The notes beneath the pieces were generated by a model that was not told the DNA's origin, ran no database searches, and saw only the letters and a list, made by a program, of their open reading frames with translations. A DNA stretch of 64,000 nucleotides, taken from Eledone cirrhosa (lineage: Eukaryota). Location: positions 192,510,001-192,574,000 of the forward strand of contig OZ024743.1 in the NCBI GenBank assembly GCA_964016885.1, written 5' to 3'. Both the position numbers and the translations under genes were made by a program. Of the stretch, positions 37,967 through 51,550 are shown one piece after another. Within the stretch, counting starts at the first letter, position 1, and every line of letters begins with the position of its first letter.

Positions 37967-40900
37967 CTCCCACCCCAGTGTAAACAAGCTTTGAGTTGTG
38001 ACCCTTCGTTAAAATTGCAGCATAGCAATTTGTTAACACTTTCGTTACTAAACATTGAAAGAGTTCAGTAAAATAACCCACGTTCTTATATTAAGCTGGT
38101 GTTTGTAGTATAACTTAAGTTCCCTTTCTTAAAATTCTTATGAAAGTTTTTAAATAAAATATAAGCACTTTAATGACTGAAGGCAGAACTCCAGCATAGC
38201 TACAGTCCAACGAGTGTATATTGTTGAATCTGAAGGAATTTAGTTAATATAACTTTCTCCTGATTTATCTAGCGTTTGGAGAACAACCTAATGTTCTTAC
38301 ATATAAATTATAAATACTTGAAAACATACAGTTATGTATTTTGGAACCATGGGTAGTTTAAGGGGTTTGATATCAAAAGGGTTTATTATTTAAAGAAAGA
38401 GGATGGGAGATGATGGAAAGGCTAACATTAGATCTTTCATGCAATAATATATGAAACAAAAATAAAGTTGATAAGGACAGAATTTTGACTAGAAATTATA
38501 AAACTAACTTAGAAAAATAAATAATCAATATGTATTTTGAGAATATTGAATTATTGATTATCTATTCCTCCTCCCCCTCTCAACAGCATTTGAGGCCTTG
38601 CAAAAGGTTATAGGTTCTGTTTTTCCCTCCCTGCCTATAAACAGTGTGAGAGAAAAAAAAAAAAATTTTTTTCAGAGGATACCGAGCTGTTAAAATATTA
38701 CATACAATACATTGCAATTCCTTTCATTACACACATAGAGGCAAGCAGGCAGACATATTGATACAATTTCTCTTGGACAGACATTTATGTTGAGCACATT
38801 AACAATTTGTTGTTGGTTATTATATTAGTATTTAGTAAGTATTTAAATATATATATATATATATATTTGAAGACCAGTAGTAACATTCATAATTTTTAGA
38901 CAGTTGAAGAATACTTATTTGTTATTTGTCAATAAATTCAATGGAAGTAATTTATTAAAGGCAGTTAAATAGAAGCAACAGCAACAATTACAACAACAAT
39001 CTTTAACTCTTAGCATTCTGTACTACATGAAACCACATTGAGACATTATTGAAAATCCCAAACTGGATTATGACTGCATTACATTAACAAATTCCATTTT
39101 TAGATATTTTTGGCTGAATCATTACAGAATGTTTAAGAGTTAAGACACCCATGATAAGATAGGAAACTATACTCTTTTTTTTTTTTCATAATTATTGTTT
39201 TATGCCCATTTTTCATGCTGGCATGAGCTGGATGGGCTGTCACAGTCTGATATTAGACAGGCCAGAGATATACATTTTACTCATACATTCCATGTTTTCT
39301 ATGGCTGGATGCCCTTTGTAACATCAACCACTTTATTTTCATTAAAAAAACAAACCCCCAAAAAACAAGAATAGGTATTAACCCTTTAGCATTTACATTA
39401 CTCTATATTTATTATTGTATTGTCACAGTAAAGGCTTTATCTTACATAATATCAAATCTACAAGATTTTGATGTTATTTATTTTGAGAACAATACCTTAA
39501 TATAGGTATGAGCAGTCAGTTACAGCTGGTTTGAACAGAAAGAGGTGAGAGAATTCTGGCCAGATATGGCCGGTTTAAATGCTAAAGGGTTAAGCAGTTC
39601 CAACTTAGTTATAGATTTGGTTCACCAAAAGCTTAGTCTTGCACTATTTTACAACAGTCGTAGACAAACCATCAAATGGTCACTTGGTTTGCTAGAAATA
39701 ACATCTAAATTTACTGCAAATCTCAAACATGGTCATAAAAAAGGACACACTGGATAAAGTAGATGAATGCTTTAATCATAAGTTTGTTCAATTAAGGATG
39801 ATCTGCAGCTAAAAAACTATAGTAGTAGTAACAGTTAAACAACTGTTACAGCTAATGGGCCCAGGAGCCTACATGTAAAATAAGTGATTCAGAATCAAAA
39901 TAAATTTGATTCACAATAAATTAAGGGCTCATTGTCAAATTTCACAAGTAATTGAATCAGTTATAATACTGTAAAAATAAAGAAATTCTTAAATATAGTT
40001 ACATTTATTTAAAGCTTTAATCCATCAATATTTTTTATTTGGTTGGTGCAAGGTTTATGTATTAATGACTAATGGTTACAGACACAGGCATGGCTGAGTT
40101 ATTAAAATTGCTTTGTAATCACAGCATGGTATCTTGGGTCTTTACTATAGCCTTGAGTTGACCCAAGCCTTGTAAATGAAATTGGGGAGATGGATGTCTA
40201 TCTGATTAAACAACTCATTGCTCATCATTGAAACCAACGGACAATTCATCATTATCAAAACAAATATGATTTAGCTTTATTGGCTTTGATGGTTAAGAAT
40301 AGTAATATGTTTCTGCCTTTCCACAAAGCATAGTTCAAATATACCTACTATTGAGAACTGTCAACAGCTTACATTCTGATTTGAAGAACTGACACAAATA
40401 CATACATTTCCAGCATCAAGGACATGTAGTTAGAATGTCTAAGGAAAGAATCGCTGGACAGATATTAAGGGCAAAAACCAACCGGCAGGAGACCCAGAGC
40501 AAGATGGTGGGATAACATCAGCTCAGTTGGTCTCACTAGGGGATCAAGCCAGATCAATTGGAGACAGTTGTTTCTGATAGGAACTGCTGGAAGGAGTGTT
40601 TGAGAACTCTGCTACCAAGACCCTCCCAGGAATAAGTGGGCAAAGAAGGAGACATACCTCTACTTGGAGTTGGATCAGTATCTGTATCTGCCCAGTTCTG
40701 CAAGACACGGAAGGATGGTGATGGAATGTGTTTTCCTTTATATCGAATAGATGCTTCACAATAGTTACCAACACCATCTAAGTTGATTGGGAGAAGAAAA
40801 AAAAAGAAAATAAAGATTTAAAAAAAAAAGAAAAAGATTTTTAAAAAATTGAACATTTTCGAGAATTGTATTTGTATTTCTTCAAATAGATGCAATGCAG

Positions 40901-41531
40901 AAATTCGAGAAGCTTCCAAAATCATAAGATCAATATAAATTGATCAAGAAGACCAAGAAGATCAATAAAAAAAAATATAAAAAGGAAAGGAGCTGATTGT
41001 TAAATCAAACCAAGAAAACTTTTCTAGTGATCTTTCCGTTGATAATACTATCTGCCAGTCACATTTCCTGGCAAATGTAATGACATTTTCCCATGACAGG
41101 AGGGAGGATTTAAACTTGGAACGCAGAATATGGGATCAGATACTACAAAGTAACTGTCCAATTCTATCAAAATTCCACCAATGGATTAATACTTAGTTTA
41201 TCAACCTCAAAAGGATGAGATGCAAAGTTGGCCTTGGTGGAATTAGAACTCAGTGTAGAGAACTGGAACAAATACTAAGGTATTTACTGACATTAGCGAC
41301 TGTGAATTCAGTGCCTTTTGTTTACTTTAAAGTGTTTATATTTATAAGAAAATCTTACATCATAATTTTATGCAAGAAACTTTGTTATGTTCCAAACATC
41401 AGATAAATACTGAGAAAATGTGTGTGCATATATATAATATGATGAACGAGCCAGATGTTTCTGTAAGGATTGTCTAGTTTCCTGAAACCTATGGTAATGG
41501 AATAATTACATTGTGTTGTTTATTATGTCAT

Positions 41532-41563
<32 letters not shown>

Positions 41564-41719
41564 ACAAAGGAATTGTGGTAAGGAACCAGATGGATCATAA
41601 CGCACCAGAGTACTCAATACTTAGGATAGTAGAGTGGGTAATAGGAACAAGTAGGACCCCGATGGCTGAGCTCAAGCCGTTTCGACGGCTTTAGCTCTGC
41701 CGTCGGGGTCATACTTTTT

Positions 41720-41762
<43 letters not shown>

Positions 41763-42616
41763 TAAATTTACTCCATCAGTGATCTTCCAACCTTCATTGG
41801 TATTTCATCGTTTTAAAGACCATATACCTCCGGTTGGTGCAAGCAACGGCTAAAGAAAGTCGTTGGGACACGTAAATAAGAGGAACGAGCGAGACAGTAA
41901 ACAATCGGCCAAAATAAACACTTTAAAGTAAACAAAAGGCACTGAATTCACAGTCGCTAATGTCAGTAAATACCTTAGTATTTGTTCCAGTTCTCTACAC
42001 CGAGTTCTAATTCCACCAAGGCCAACTTTGCATCTCATCCTTTTGAGGTTGATAAACTAACGGCCAAAATGGCGACAAAGAAGGTCACTTGACCACGTCT
42101 TGTCCAAACAAAATATAATATTTTCACCAAAAACTGCCCTTTAAACACATGTCAGATGGATTACAATATTCATTATTACAATTACTTTGACTGTTCCCTG
42201 ACAACTAGTACCAGTTTCAAGATAGAATTATCTTAACGAAGTATATATAATTTGACTTGATTTTCGCCAACAAACCACGTGTGGACATGGACGGGGAAAA
42301 AGGAAAAAAACAAAACAAATCACTAGATTCCTTAAGGATCGCAGTAAGTACTCCACAAAACATATAAACAACAATATAACACAGATTTATATACAGATAC
42401 ATACCATATGCATATACACACACGTGAAAAGAAACCACACTATTTCGCGTGAGACACTATACCGGCCAATTTTACCAATTTACATTGGTAAAATATTTCT
42501 TAACATTGACTTCGCTTCTAACCCACATACACCTTTTAATTATATATATACTAGCAGCTGAAAGTTAATAATTTGAAAAAAATATTGAAAGTTTATTATA
42601 AAGAAGTAGTATCAGG

Positions 42617-42647
<31 letters not shown>

Positions 42648-42856
42648 GTTATTTCGCTGTTAATAAACAACTGCCTTCTACAGTACGTTTCATTTAACTT
42701 ACGCAGCATATTTATTTGTTTACATGCACAGACTCTTCTACACACACACAACATTTAGGAAAACGGAAACAAAATACACAAAAAAACAGACATTTTATTT
42801 CTATCGTAATCAAGTGCGCTAAACCTATATTGTTTACATTCTGTGTTTTTCTACGG

Positions 42857-44147
42857 ATGGGTAGAAATAACAAAATTGCCATGGTGATATCCATCGATGA
42901 AATATGCGACAAAACCGGTCGATGTCCCAAAATAGAACATTGCCCAGAAAACCACATCTGCCATATCTGTGCGGAACCCGAAAACTCGTTCCGTAATCGC
43001 TGGGTCGAATGTGGAACCTGTCTCATCTCTGTCTGCCTTCAATGCGCCACAGGCTTCCGGAGGATCCCAGGCCCCAAAAAAGAGACATCATAATACTATG
43101 ATGGATGGAATATGGGAGATGGTCCAGCTAAAATCCTGGTCCTTTCAGTGTCTGGCCTGTGTGCCTGCTGTGGGTATGGTGTGGCATGCGGTGGCCGGAG
43201 GCGGGGGAGTGCTCGACCGGAGGCAGGGGAGTGCTCGACCGGAAGGATGCTCGACCGGAAGGGCCAGCAGAGGGCCTCTCTCTAGTGGTGACCAGCACAC
43301 GGTGTGGACGCGAGTTTTGGGCAGCTCCCGGTGTTAAGCAGTTGGACGCACGTGGAAGAGGAGTAACATGCAGTGGAATTTAGCGGCACCTGTGAAAAGC
43401 GGTAAGTGAGATAGCTTTTTCTAACCACACCTGCCTCCACTAATGTTATTGAAAAACAACAACAACAACAAAAACCAATGACTGTCTTCCTCTACCATTG
43501 TTACTGAACAACGGCAAAAACCTATGACACTGGCTTCTACTGCTGTTCCTGTGGGAGAACATCAGAAACAACAACAATCCATGTCTTCCACTCCCAGTAC
43601 ATCTCGACACCAACAACTCGTGACTGTGTCTTCCCCTACCATTCCCGTGGAGGAGGAGGAGCAGCAGCAGCAGCAACAACAACAGCAACAGCAACACCAA
43701 CAACCGACCAGTACAGATTTTGCGGAATTGCAACTAATGATTTCTGCTCTGAGAAGGGAAGTTACAGGAATAAAGGCAAGCATTCGGGTAGGACCCCACA
43801 ATGAGGGGTCTTATTGGAATGCCTTGCTAAAGAATCTCCCTGTACCTCTTGCTGAAAAGACTGCGGAATCTGCTACCCATGAAGTGATTGCCATTGGGGT
43901 ACCAGAGGACAAGGCTGATCTTCAGGCATTTGCTGCTAGCTCAGCCAAAGACCTAGGCTGTGTTCCCCCAAAGGGTGTTCTCCACCTTGGTCGACCTGGT
44001 CCAAAACCCAGACTCATCAGGCTGTCCTTTTCGGACCCCGCAGAGGCAACCTCATATCATCTGGCCTCTGCTAAAGCTGGGCGTGAAAATCGGATTACCT
44101 TCCGAACACGCCCAGGCCTACCACCCCACGTGCTGCAGCTTCCTTGA
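42857..44147 (+). pseudogene. LINE ORF1 (PHD-like Cys cluster, poly-Q, coiled coil, RRM-like region), disrupted
   Basis: CHIC..VECGTCLISVCLQC..FQCLAC across a frameshift; VIAIGVPED..LGRPGPKPRLIRLSF in ORF 43524-44147. Confidence 0.75.
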
Positions 44148-44367
44148 ATCGGAACTCAGCACAAGATGAAAGTTTTAGTCTGCGTGATGATGGGCAGATC
44201 TGGAGGTTTGTCAAGGCTGGTGAAACGTGGAAGAGAGATACCAGCTGGTCTGAGTGTGATCTACCCACAATAACTGGCAATGTAAAAACTGCTACAACTC
44301 TGGGAAACTAAACCAGAACAACCTGCCACCCTCTACACACCATCATAAACTGCGAGCAGGGTACAAA

Positions 44368-47117
44368 TTGTTGTCCTTAAATGCTCGCAGTTTATGCAAC
44401 AAGATACATCTGTTCGAATCCTACGTCAGAAGCATCGACCCTGACTTCATCACAGTCACGGAAACATGGGCACATTCCTTACTCTGTGATGGGGTTTTCA
44501 GCATTACTGGGTACAACCTTTTCCGCAAGGACTGCATTAACCGCCGTGGTGGTGTGATGGTCTACGTTCGTTCAAACTTTTCGGTAATTCCTTGCGTTGA
44601 TTTGAACGAATCACAGGAAGAAGTTTTTTTCTGTGACATACGTATGACCATGTCAACACTTCTGCTTGGTGTTGTTTATCGCCCCCCAAACTACCATCAG
44701 GACACACAGCTTTGCGATATCCTCAGAGTTGCTGCCAAGAAAACAGCCACTTATGTGTTTATTGCAGGTGATTTCAATCATCCTGAGATCGATTGGGAAA
44801 CCTTTCGTTGGCCACAAGGTGCAAACAATTTCCTTGAACTAGTGCTGGACTCAAACTGGTCACAAGTAGTCACCTCTCCAACAAGAGGTGACAACACTTT
44901 GGACCTGATCTTCACCACTACTCCTGAAGTGGTTATCAGTTGTACTACTGAGGAACCTCTAGGCGACTCTGATCATGCTATGATCATTGCCAATCTGGCA
45001 CTTGAGGGCAGCAACAAAAACCAGAGCCATCTCCAATCTGCTTGCTTTGATTGGAAGAGGGCGGATTGGAACTTGTACTGCACTGAGCTACAGCGCCCAA
45101 ACTGGCATGAGATGTATAACTCTGGAGATGTGAACACTATACTCCAGAGCATCCTCGACTCAATATGGATAGCGTGTGCAGCATCAGTGCCACGGAAGCG
45201 GAAAAATAACCACCCCAAAAGTGCAATTTCGGAAACTTCAGCGATCCGACTTGCCAGGAAAGAACGTCGGAACGCTGAACGGGAATATAAACTGCATAAA
45301 TCAGATGCCAACAGAAAAAAGCGGAATAAATCTTCTAACCATCTCAAGCAAGTGACAAAGAAGGCAGTGCTTGAATTTGAACAGTGCATCGCAACTAATC
45401 CTGACAGTAAGGTGTTCTGGAAATATGTTCATTCAAAGCAGAGACCTCACTCTCCAGTTGGTCCTCTTCGCAATCCCCACACAAGCCAGATCACTGACGA
45501 TCCCAAGGAATGCGCAGAACTCATTGCTGAGTGCTATGCAAGTATTTTTACTGTTGAAAACCAGAATGTACCATCTCCAACATCAAATTCCATAACAACT
45601 ATGGAATTTACACCTGCAATGTTGCGACGTCACCTTAAGAATAAGCGCAACTATGCCTCCCCTGGTCTTGATGGTGTGACATACCTGCTTCTCAAACGTG
45701 GCGGGTATTTCCTTTTGCGCCAGCTTTCTTTCTTCTTTCAATACTGTCTCAACAATGGTGCTACTCCGGAGCAGTGGAAAACTGCCAGTGTGATTCCCCT
45801 GTTCAAAAAGGGCAACCGCATGTCACCTGTCAACTATTGTCCAGTCAGTCTTACAAGCTGTATGGCCAAACTGATGGAATCCTGTGTCAGAGAAACACTA
45901 TGGAACTTCTGGAGCTCTCACAGCCTCATCCGGCCCTCACAGTTTGGATTTATCCCTAACTCCAGCTGCTGTGATCAGCTTATCGAGTTCCTTGAGGACA
46001 TCACCCGGATCACTGACAGCAGCTCATGGGTGGATGTTGTTTACCTTGACTTTGCTAAGGCTTTTAATTCTGTGCCACACAAAAGACTTATGGCAAAACT
46101 CTCTGCAATGGGTGTGAGGGATGATCTTTTCGACTGGTTGAAATCCTTCATTCTCAGCCGAAAAGAAGTAGTCACGGTTCTAGGACAGCATTCTTCACCA
46201 TATGAGATGTCATCTGGTGTACCACAGGATCTGTTCTTGGTCCTCTTTTGTTTGTGGCATATATTAATGACATAGATGCCAACTTAAAGAATGCCATGGT
46301 ACTGAAATATGTAGATGACATCAAGCTGTACCTTGAAATCAAAAGGACTAATCCTGAAATTTACAACTCTTTCCTACAATCAGACCTGGACACAATGCAG
46401 CAATGGATCACAGACTGGCAACTGAAGCTGGCTGTGGACAAGTGTACCACCATGCATTTCGGAAGGAAAAATCCAGCGTCCACATACTCCCTCCACAACA
46501 CTGATATCAAAAAGTCCTCTTGTGAACGTGACCTGGGCATTACTGTCAGCAACGATTTGCGTTGGACAAAGCATGTCTCTAAGATTGTCAAGAAGGCCGA
46601 GGGTGTCTTGGCATCACTCAGCAAGACCTTTGTTAGCCGCTCTCCAGCCATCTATTTAAAACTGTATACAGCTATGGTACGACCACACTTGGAATTCGCA
46701 TCATCAGTCTGGAACCCCGATCTTGCTCAGAATATTGACCTCCTGGAAACTGTTCAGAGACGTGCAACCAAGCGCATACCCTCCATCAGACACCTACCAT
46801 ACTCTGAACGCCTTGCTTCCCTGGGCATGGATTCATTGAAGCTCCGACGTCTGGCAATGGACTTGGTGAATACCCACAAAGTTTTTAACCATCTCGCCAA
46901 TTGCAACCCTGAGCGCCTCTTTGATCTCCATGTGTCTAACACACGTGGACATGCCTACAAGATCAGAAAACAGCACAGCTCCTATGACTTTCGTAGACAT
47001 TTTTTCACGCTCAGAGTTTCTGAAGCATGGAACAAACTGCCTGCGTCAGTTAGCTGCCGAGACACTGCATCCTTTAAGACACTCATGCTTCCCGAAATAC
47101 GCCAAAACTACACCTGA
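44368..47117 (+). pseudogene. LINE ORF2: APE endonuclease and reverse transcriptase, one frameshift near 46228
   Basis: LNARSL, VTETW, GDFN, TLDLIF, SDH (APE); QFGF, YLDFAKAF, SGVPQ/SVLGPLLF, KYVDD (RT); RPHLEFASSVWNP, QRRATK, TRGH (CR1 C-terminus). Confidence 0.95.
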
Positions 47118-47461
47118 TGTACCCCTTCCATACACATGCACACATGTGTGTATCATGACTCGTGCACTGTTCATTTTACTGATGTTTGTGCATTGCCCTA
47201 TGTACTGTACATGTGACTTTTTTGATGAGTTGTGGTGCACCTGGGCACTGTACACAATATTTCATTATTGTTATTGTATCATGACTCATACACTGTTCAT
47301 TTTCATGACATTTGTACATTATTCTATGTACTATACATGCACCTTTGATGAGTTGTGCACCTGAGCACTGTACACAATTTCATTATTATAATCAAAGATG
47401 GTAATGCAACGAAAAGTGAGGAAGAAGGAGTCAAGTCCCTGAAATCGATGAACATAAGTTC

Positions 47462-48003
47462 TGTAGTGACCTACATTCCGCGGGCTCACATACATTCTGT
47501 GCGTGATTTGGCTCAGTTCAGCCAATCGGCGCCAGTAGAAGAGGATGTATCCCTACGCGCCCTGAGGAAGAAATTCCCCGCGAAGATTTGAAGAATCTCT
47601 AGCTTGTACCAGAAACTTTGAGCCAGCAACACGCATAATGTAGGAGTGAGATATTGCACCCCTAGCCTCGCCGGCTTAACGGCGCAATGGCACATTTCCT
47701 ATTGTAACCTCTTTGTATCTGTAACTTCAACCATATAAATAAACAAACATTTCATCTCTAATTTCTGCTGTTATTATGTCACTTGCATCTCAATAACATC
47801 TTTAATCCATGCTGCTGGAATTGGCGACCTGACGAAAGGAATATTGTGAATAGATGGTAAATAGATCGAGGGACCTTCCCTCACGTCTATGTCAACAAGA
47901 TAATCCAACGAGGATACTATCACTTACCACACTGGCAACTAACGACCACTGATTCTACCACCCTGCTAAAGTGGCGATAACATCTACAACTAATACTGCT
48001 AAA
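47462..48003 (+). mobile_element. Second single-ended copy of the TGTAGTGACC LTR-like element
   Basis: Aligns with 59-617; GTTC duplicated at 47458-47461 and 48004-48007; host repeat resumes exactly after it. Confidence 0.8.
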
Positions 48004-49602
48004 GTTCTGTGAAATCGTAGACGAGAGAGAATAAAGACCATACGACCTGGTTGAAGTGTGCGTGGGGTAAGAATCTCGCACAGGTCAAACGGGAGGAAGT
48101 AGGAGAGGGAGTAGCAGAGAGTGAGTGAAAGTGTGAGGAAGAGGCTAACATAGAGAGTGACTGTTAGAGGGGGTAAAAGGAAGTGAGAGATACAGAGAAA
48201 AGGGGAAGCAGTAAGAAACAGACGGGTCACAGCGGAGGAAATTATATATGAATATGAAAACATGGCGTGCTGCGTGGTTGCAAATGGGTTACATATGAAT
48301 AAATTTAGTCACTCTCTCTGTTAGCCTCTTCCTCACACTTTCACTCACTCACTCTGCTACTCCCTCCTGTTTGACCTGTGCGAGATTCTTTCCCCACGCA
48401 CACTTCAACCAGGTCGTATGGTCTCGATTCTCTCTCATCTACGATTTCACAGAACTTATGTTCATCGAATTCAGGGAGTGGACTCCTTCCTCCCGTTTGA
48501 CCTGTGTGAAATTCTTTCCTTACTCACATTTCGACCAGGTTTGATGGTCTTTATTCTCTCTCGTCCACGATTTCACAGAACTTATGTTCATCGATTTCAG
48601 GGAGTGGACTCATTCCTCACTTTGTTGCATTACCATCTTTGATTGTTTACCGTCTCGCTCATTCCCCTTATTTACGTGTCCCAACGACTTTCTTTAGCCG
48701 TTGCTCGCACCAACTGGAGGTATATGGTCTTTAAAACGATGAAATACCAATGAGGGTTGGAAGATCACTGATGAAGGACTAAATTTATTCATATGTAACC
48801 CATTTGCAACCATGCAGCACGCCATGTTTTCATATTTATTTATATATATATATATATAAAGGATATTCTTGTTTGAAGGGACACAACTCTGTACGGCATT
48901 CCAAAACTAAGTCACCAGTCAATTTAATCCTAGTCTCCTATATAGCAAGTAAATTTAATCCAGGAATGATCACCTTGATGACAATTTTAAGGAATGAAGA
49001 AGAGGGCAAGATTAGTGATAGGATTAACACCACAATGTGGATATTTGGACGCTTTTACAATTCACGATGGCAGCAGACTGCTCAATTCTTGTTCATTCTT
49101 TGCTCACATTTATTTGATGGGGCAGATTTCAAGCTGGGGAATCAACCACATAAATCCAAGTAGTTAATAGGGAGGATCTGGAAAAGGTCATAGGCAGTGT
49201 GCCTTTTTCCCTGATTGACTTGACCCTTTCATTAACTCATTCCTTATGAAATATACAGCCTATAATTTTCAAATCGGTTTGAGAATAATCAATAAGTTGG
49301 AGGGATGTAGTAATGCAACTAACTTTTTCAATAATATATAATTTTTCATTATCAAACTGGAGTTGGAAACAAAGTTTCTTACATAAAATTATGATGGGAG
49401 GTTTTTAGATAAATATAAACATTTTAGAAAAAAAACAGGCTGGTATAAAAAAAACCAGGGGTTGTTTTGGGTGGTTGGTATCAAAATGGCTAAAATGTAG
49501 AATATTGTAAAATGTGATCTGAGCTAAATTGTCTGAAAAGACAGGATGGACATAATATCTGATCAAAGCTGAGCTAGGAAACAAACAACAGTTGAAACGA
49601 AC

Positions 49603-49779
49603 CTTCATCTTGAGTGTCTTGTGATGAGACATCATCTTGACTGTCTGATACAGTTAAATTCTGCAACATTTTAAAAGACTTGGACGGAATATCACGCTTG
49701 GTATGGAGGCCAGAGAATCTCATTTCATCATCTTCGGAGTTGTGACGCAGCAATGGGTTCTTCTGTTTCTTACGAGACA
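49603..49779 (-). CDS. Host gene internal exon (SRKKQKNPLLRHNSEDDEMRFSGLHTKRDIPSKSFKMLQ..)
   Basis: TTTTATTCAG|...|GTTCGT, 177 bp, phase 1-1. Confidence 0.85.
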
Positions 49780-50043
49780 CTGAATAAAATGGCACAAGTC
49801 ATTAGTTAACGGTTTCTAATTTAGACACAAAGCCAGAAATTTGGGGAGAGGTGGATATTGATTATGTATTTTAGTTTATGTTCCATAATTGTATTGAGCT
49901 AGACAGGATGAAAAACAAAGTTGGCTTCAGCAGGATTTGGACTCAGAATTAAAGGGTCAGAATAAATGCTGCATTGCATTAACCAAACACTAACGAAATA
50001 CAGTGCATGTCATTAGAAATATGGTCATGGATTAAATTGATCT

Positions 50044-50380
50044 ATCATCATCATCACCGTTTTACGTCCGTTCTTCCACGCTAGCATGGGTTAGACGGGT
50101 TGTCCTGTTGTGGGCAGTGTCTGGTCGGCTGACCATGCCTTGCTCATACAGGAACTGATCTGGCTTGATTTCTACAGCTGGATGCCCTTCCTAACACCAA
50201 CCTCATTTACAGTGAGTGCTGGGTGCTTTTTCGTGGCGCCTACACGTCCACTTTACAGTGTGGGCTGGGTGCTTTTTTGCCGTGGCACCTCCACGACCAC
50301 CTTGCGGTGGGGGGGAGGGGGGCATATTGTTTATATGCTTCAGCATGTACCCATGGGAGATCGGGTACCCTGTATTACTG
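50044..50380 (-). mobile_element. RTE LINE 3' UTR fragment
   Basis: Highly similar to 54003-54342; (GAT)n tail. Confidence 0.85.
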
Positions 50381-51244
50381 CGTATGAAGGATAAAAAGTA
50401 AAATTCATCTTGGTGAGACTTAAAATACTATACAAGACATTTTATCTGTTATTACTAATTCTGCTAACCACAGCCTTTATAATGATAATCATGATTTATG
50501 AATAATTTTAGTGGGTGGGATACCCACTAAAATCAGAATAAACAAGTACTGGAGTGAAGTTTATTTTTTCAACTACAGAAGAATCAAAAGTCAAAGTCCA
50601 TCTCAGTAATTTAGTAGTCAAATGTAACTAAATTTGAGAAAGCATTTTGTAAACCACTTGATTAATTGGACCATCCATCACCAGGGGAGAGTTTATTAAA
50701 TCAAACCAAGTGCTGAATGGTACTTTATTTTATTGGCCTTGGCAAGATAAAAGGTGGGATATGAACTCAGAATGTAAAAAACTAACTAAATGCTGCAAAG
50801 CATTTTGACTTGTTCAAACTATTCCGTCGATCCACCACTCCTATAATATAATTTCTAGTATTGCCACAGAGCCAAACAGTCAATTGTAAAGTGATAAAAT
50901 ATGAAATTGTCCACAGCACAATTTGAAAGCAGAATAAAGAGGTGAAACTAAATGCTGGAAAGCATTTTGACCAATGTTCTATTCTGTCAATCCATTACCC
51001 TAACTGCTTTTGTAATAATATCATTTCTAACAACACAAGTCAGTCACTGTAAAATGATGAAATGGGAATGACAAAGCCAAAAAAAAAAAAAAAATTGATT
51101 GTACGAACTTACCTAGTTTACATTTAGAGACAATAAATGAAATTGTATAATAATTATACTTTTTTCAAATGAAATGTTGACAATGTTCTAAGAATTAAAT
51201 TAGGATTTCAATTCAGCTTGCCAGGAGCCTCCTCTATTCTTCAT

Positions 51245-51550
51245 CAGGACTTCTCAAACTGAATTGTAAATTCCCACAACCAGGGGATTACAGAAACTGT
51301 CTCGTGGTTAGCATTGGTGAATATTGAGTCACAGTTTGAGTTATTGTGTAAAAACAGACAATCACAGCCTATTTCTTTGTTTTTAATAAATCTGTTTAAT
51401 ATCTACTTGTTTCTTATATTTAATTCATGTCAAACTACTATCTAAGATGATTTCTATATAGTATTAGAAGCAACCCCCTTTACAGTATGAGTGAAGTGTT
51501 ATGAAAAAGTATACAAAAGGTTACAAATGGAAAAAGTTTGAGAAGACCTG
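51245..51550. mobile_element. hAT-type MITE
   Basis: 16-bp TIR CAGGACTTCTCAAACT / AGTTTGAGAAGACCTG; TSD degraded. Confidence 0.6.

Larger units (their letters stand above)
42061..47389 (+). mobile_element. Near-full-length CR1-group LINE, antisense in a host intron
   Basis: 5' CAAAATGGCG (YY1-like), ORF1 and ORF2 remnants, duplicated 3' UTR ending in CATTATT; AATC at both junctions of the whole insertion (41903-41906, 47390-47393). Confidence 0.92.
41757..48836. mobile_element. (TA)n-flanked inverted-repeat (Penelope-like) element split by the CR1 LINE and an LTR-like insertion
   Basis: 41757-41906 + 47390-47461 + 48004-48163 form the reverse complement of ~48307-48795; 48251-48310 is inverted at 48777-48836. 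Confidence 0.7.

Noticed and set aside
41215-41406. Duplicated small ORF (also 41850-42038)
   Set aside because: SINE-derived sequence copied by the local inversion.
48768-48790. Hammerhead at CTGATGAAGGAC (mirror near 41775)
   Set aside because: No stem II partner or GAAA follows; at most a truncated remnant.
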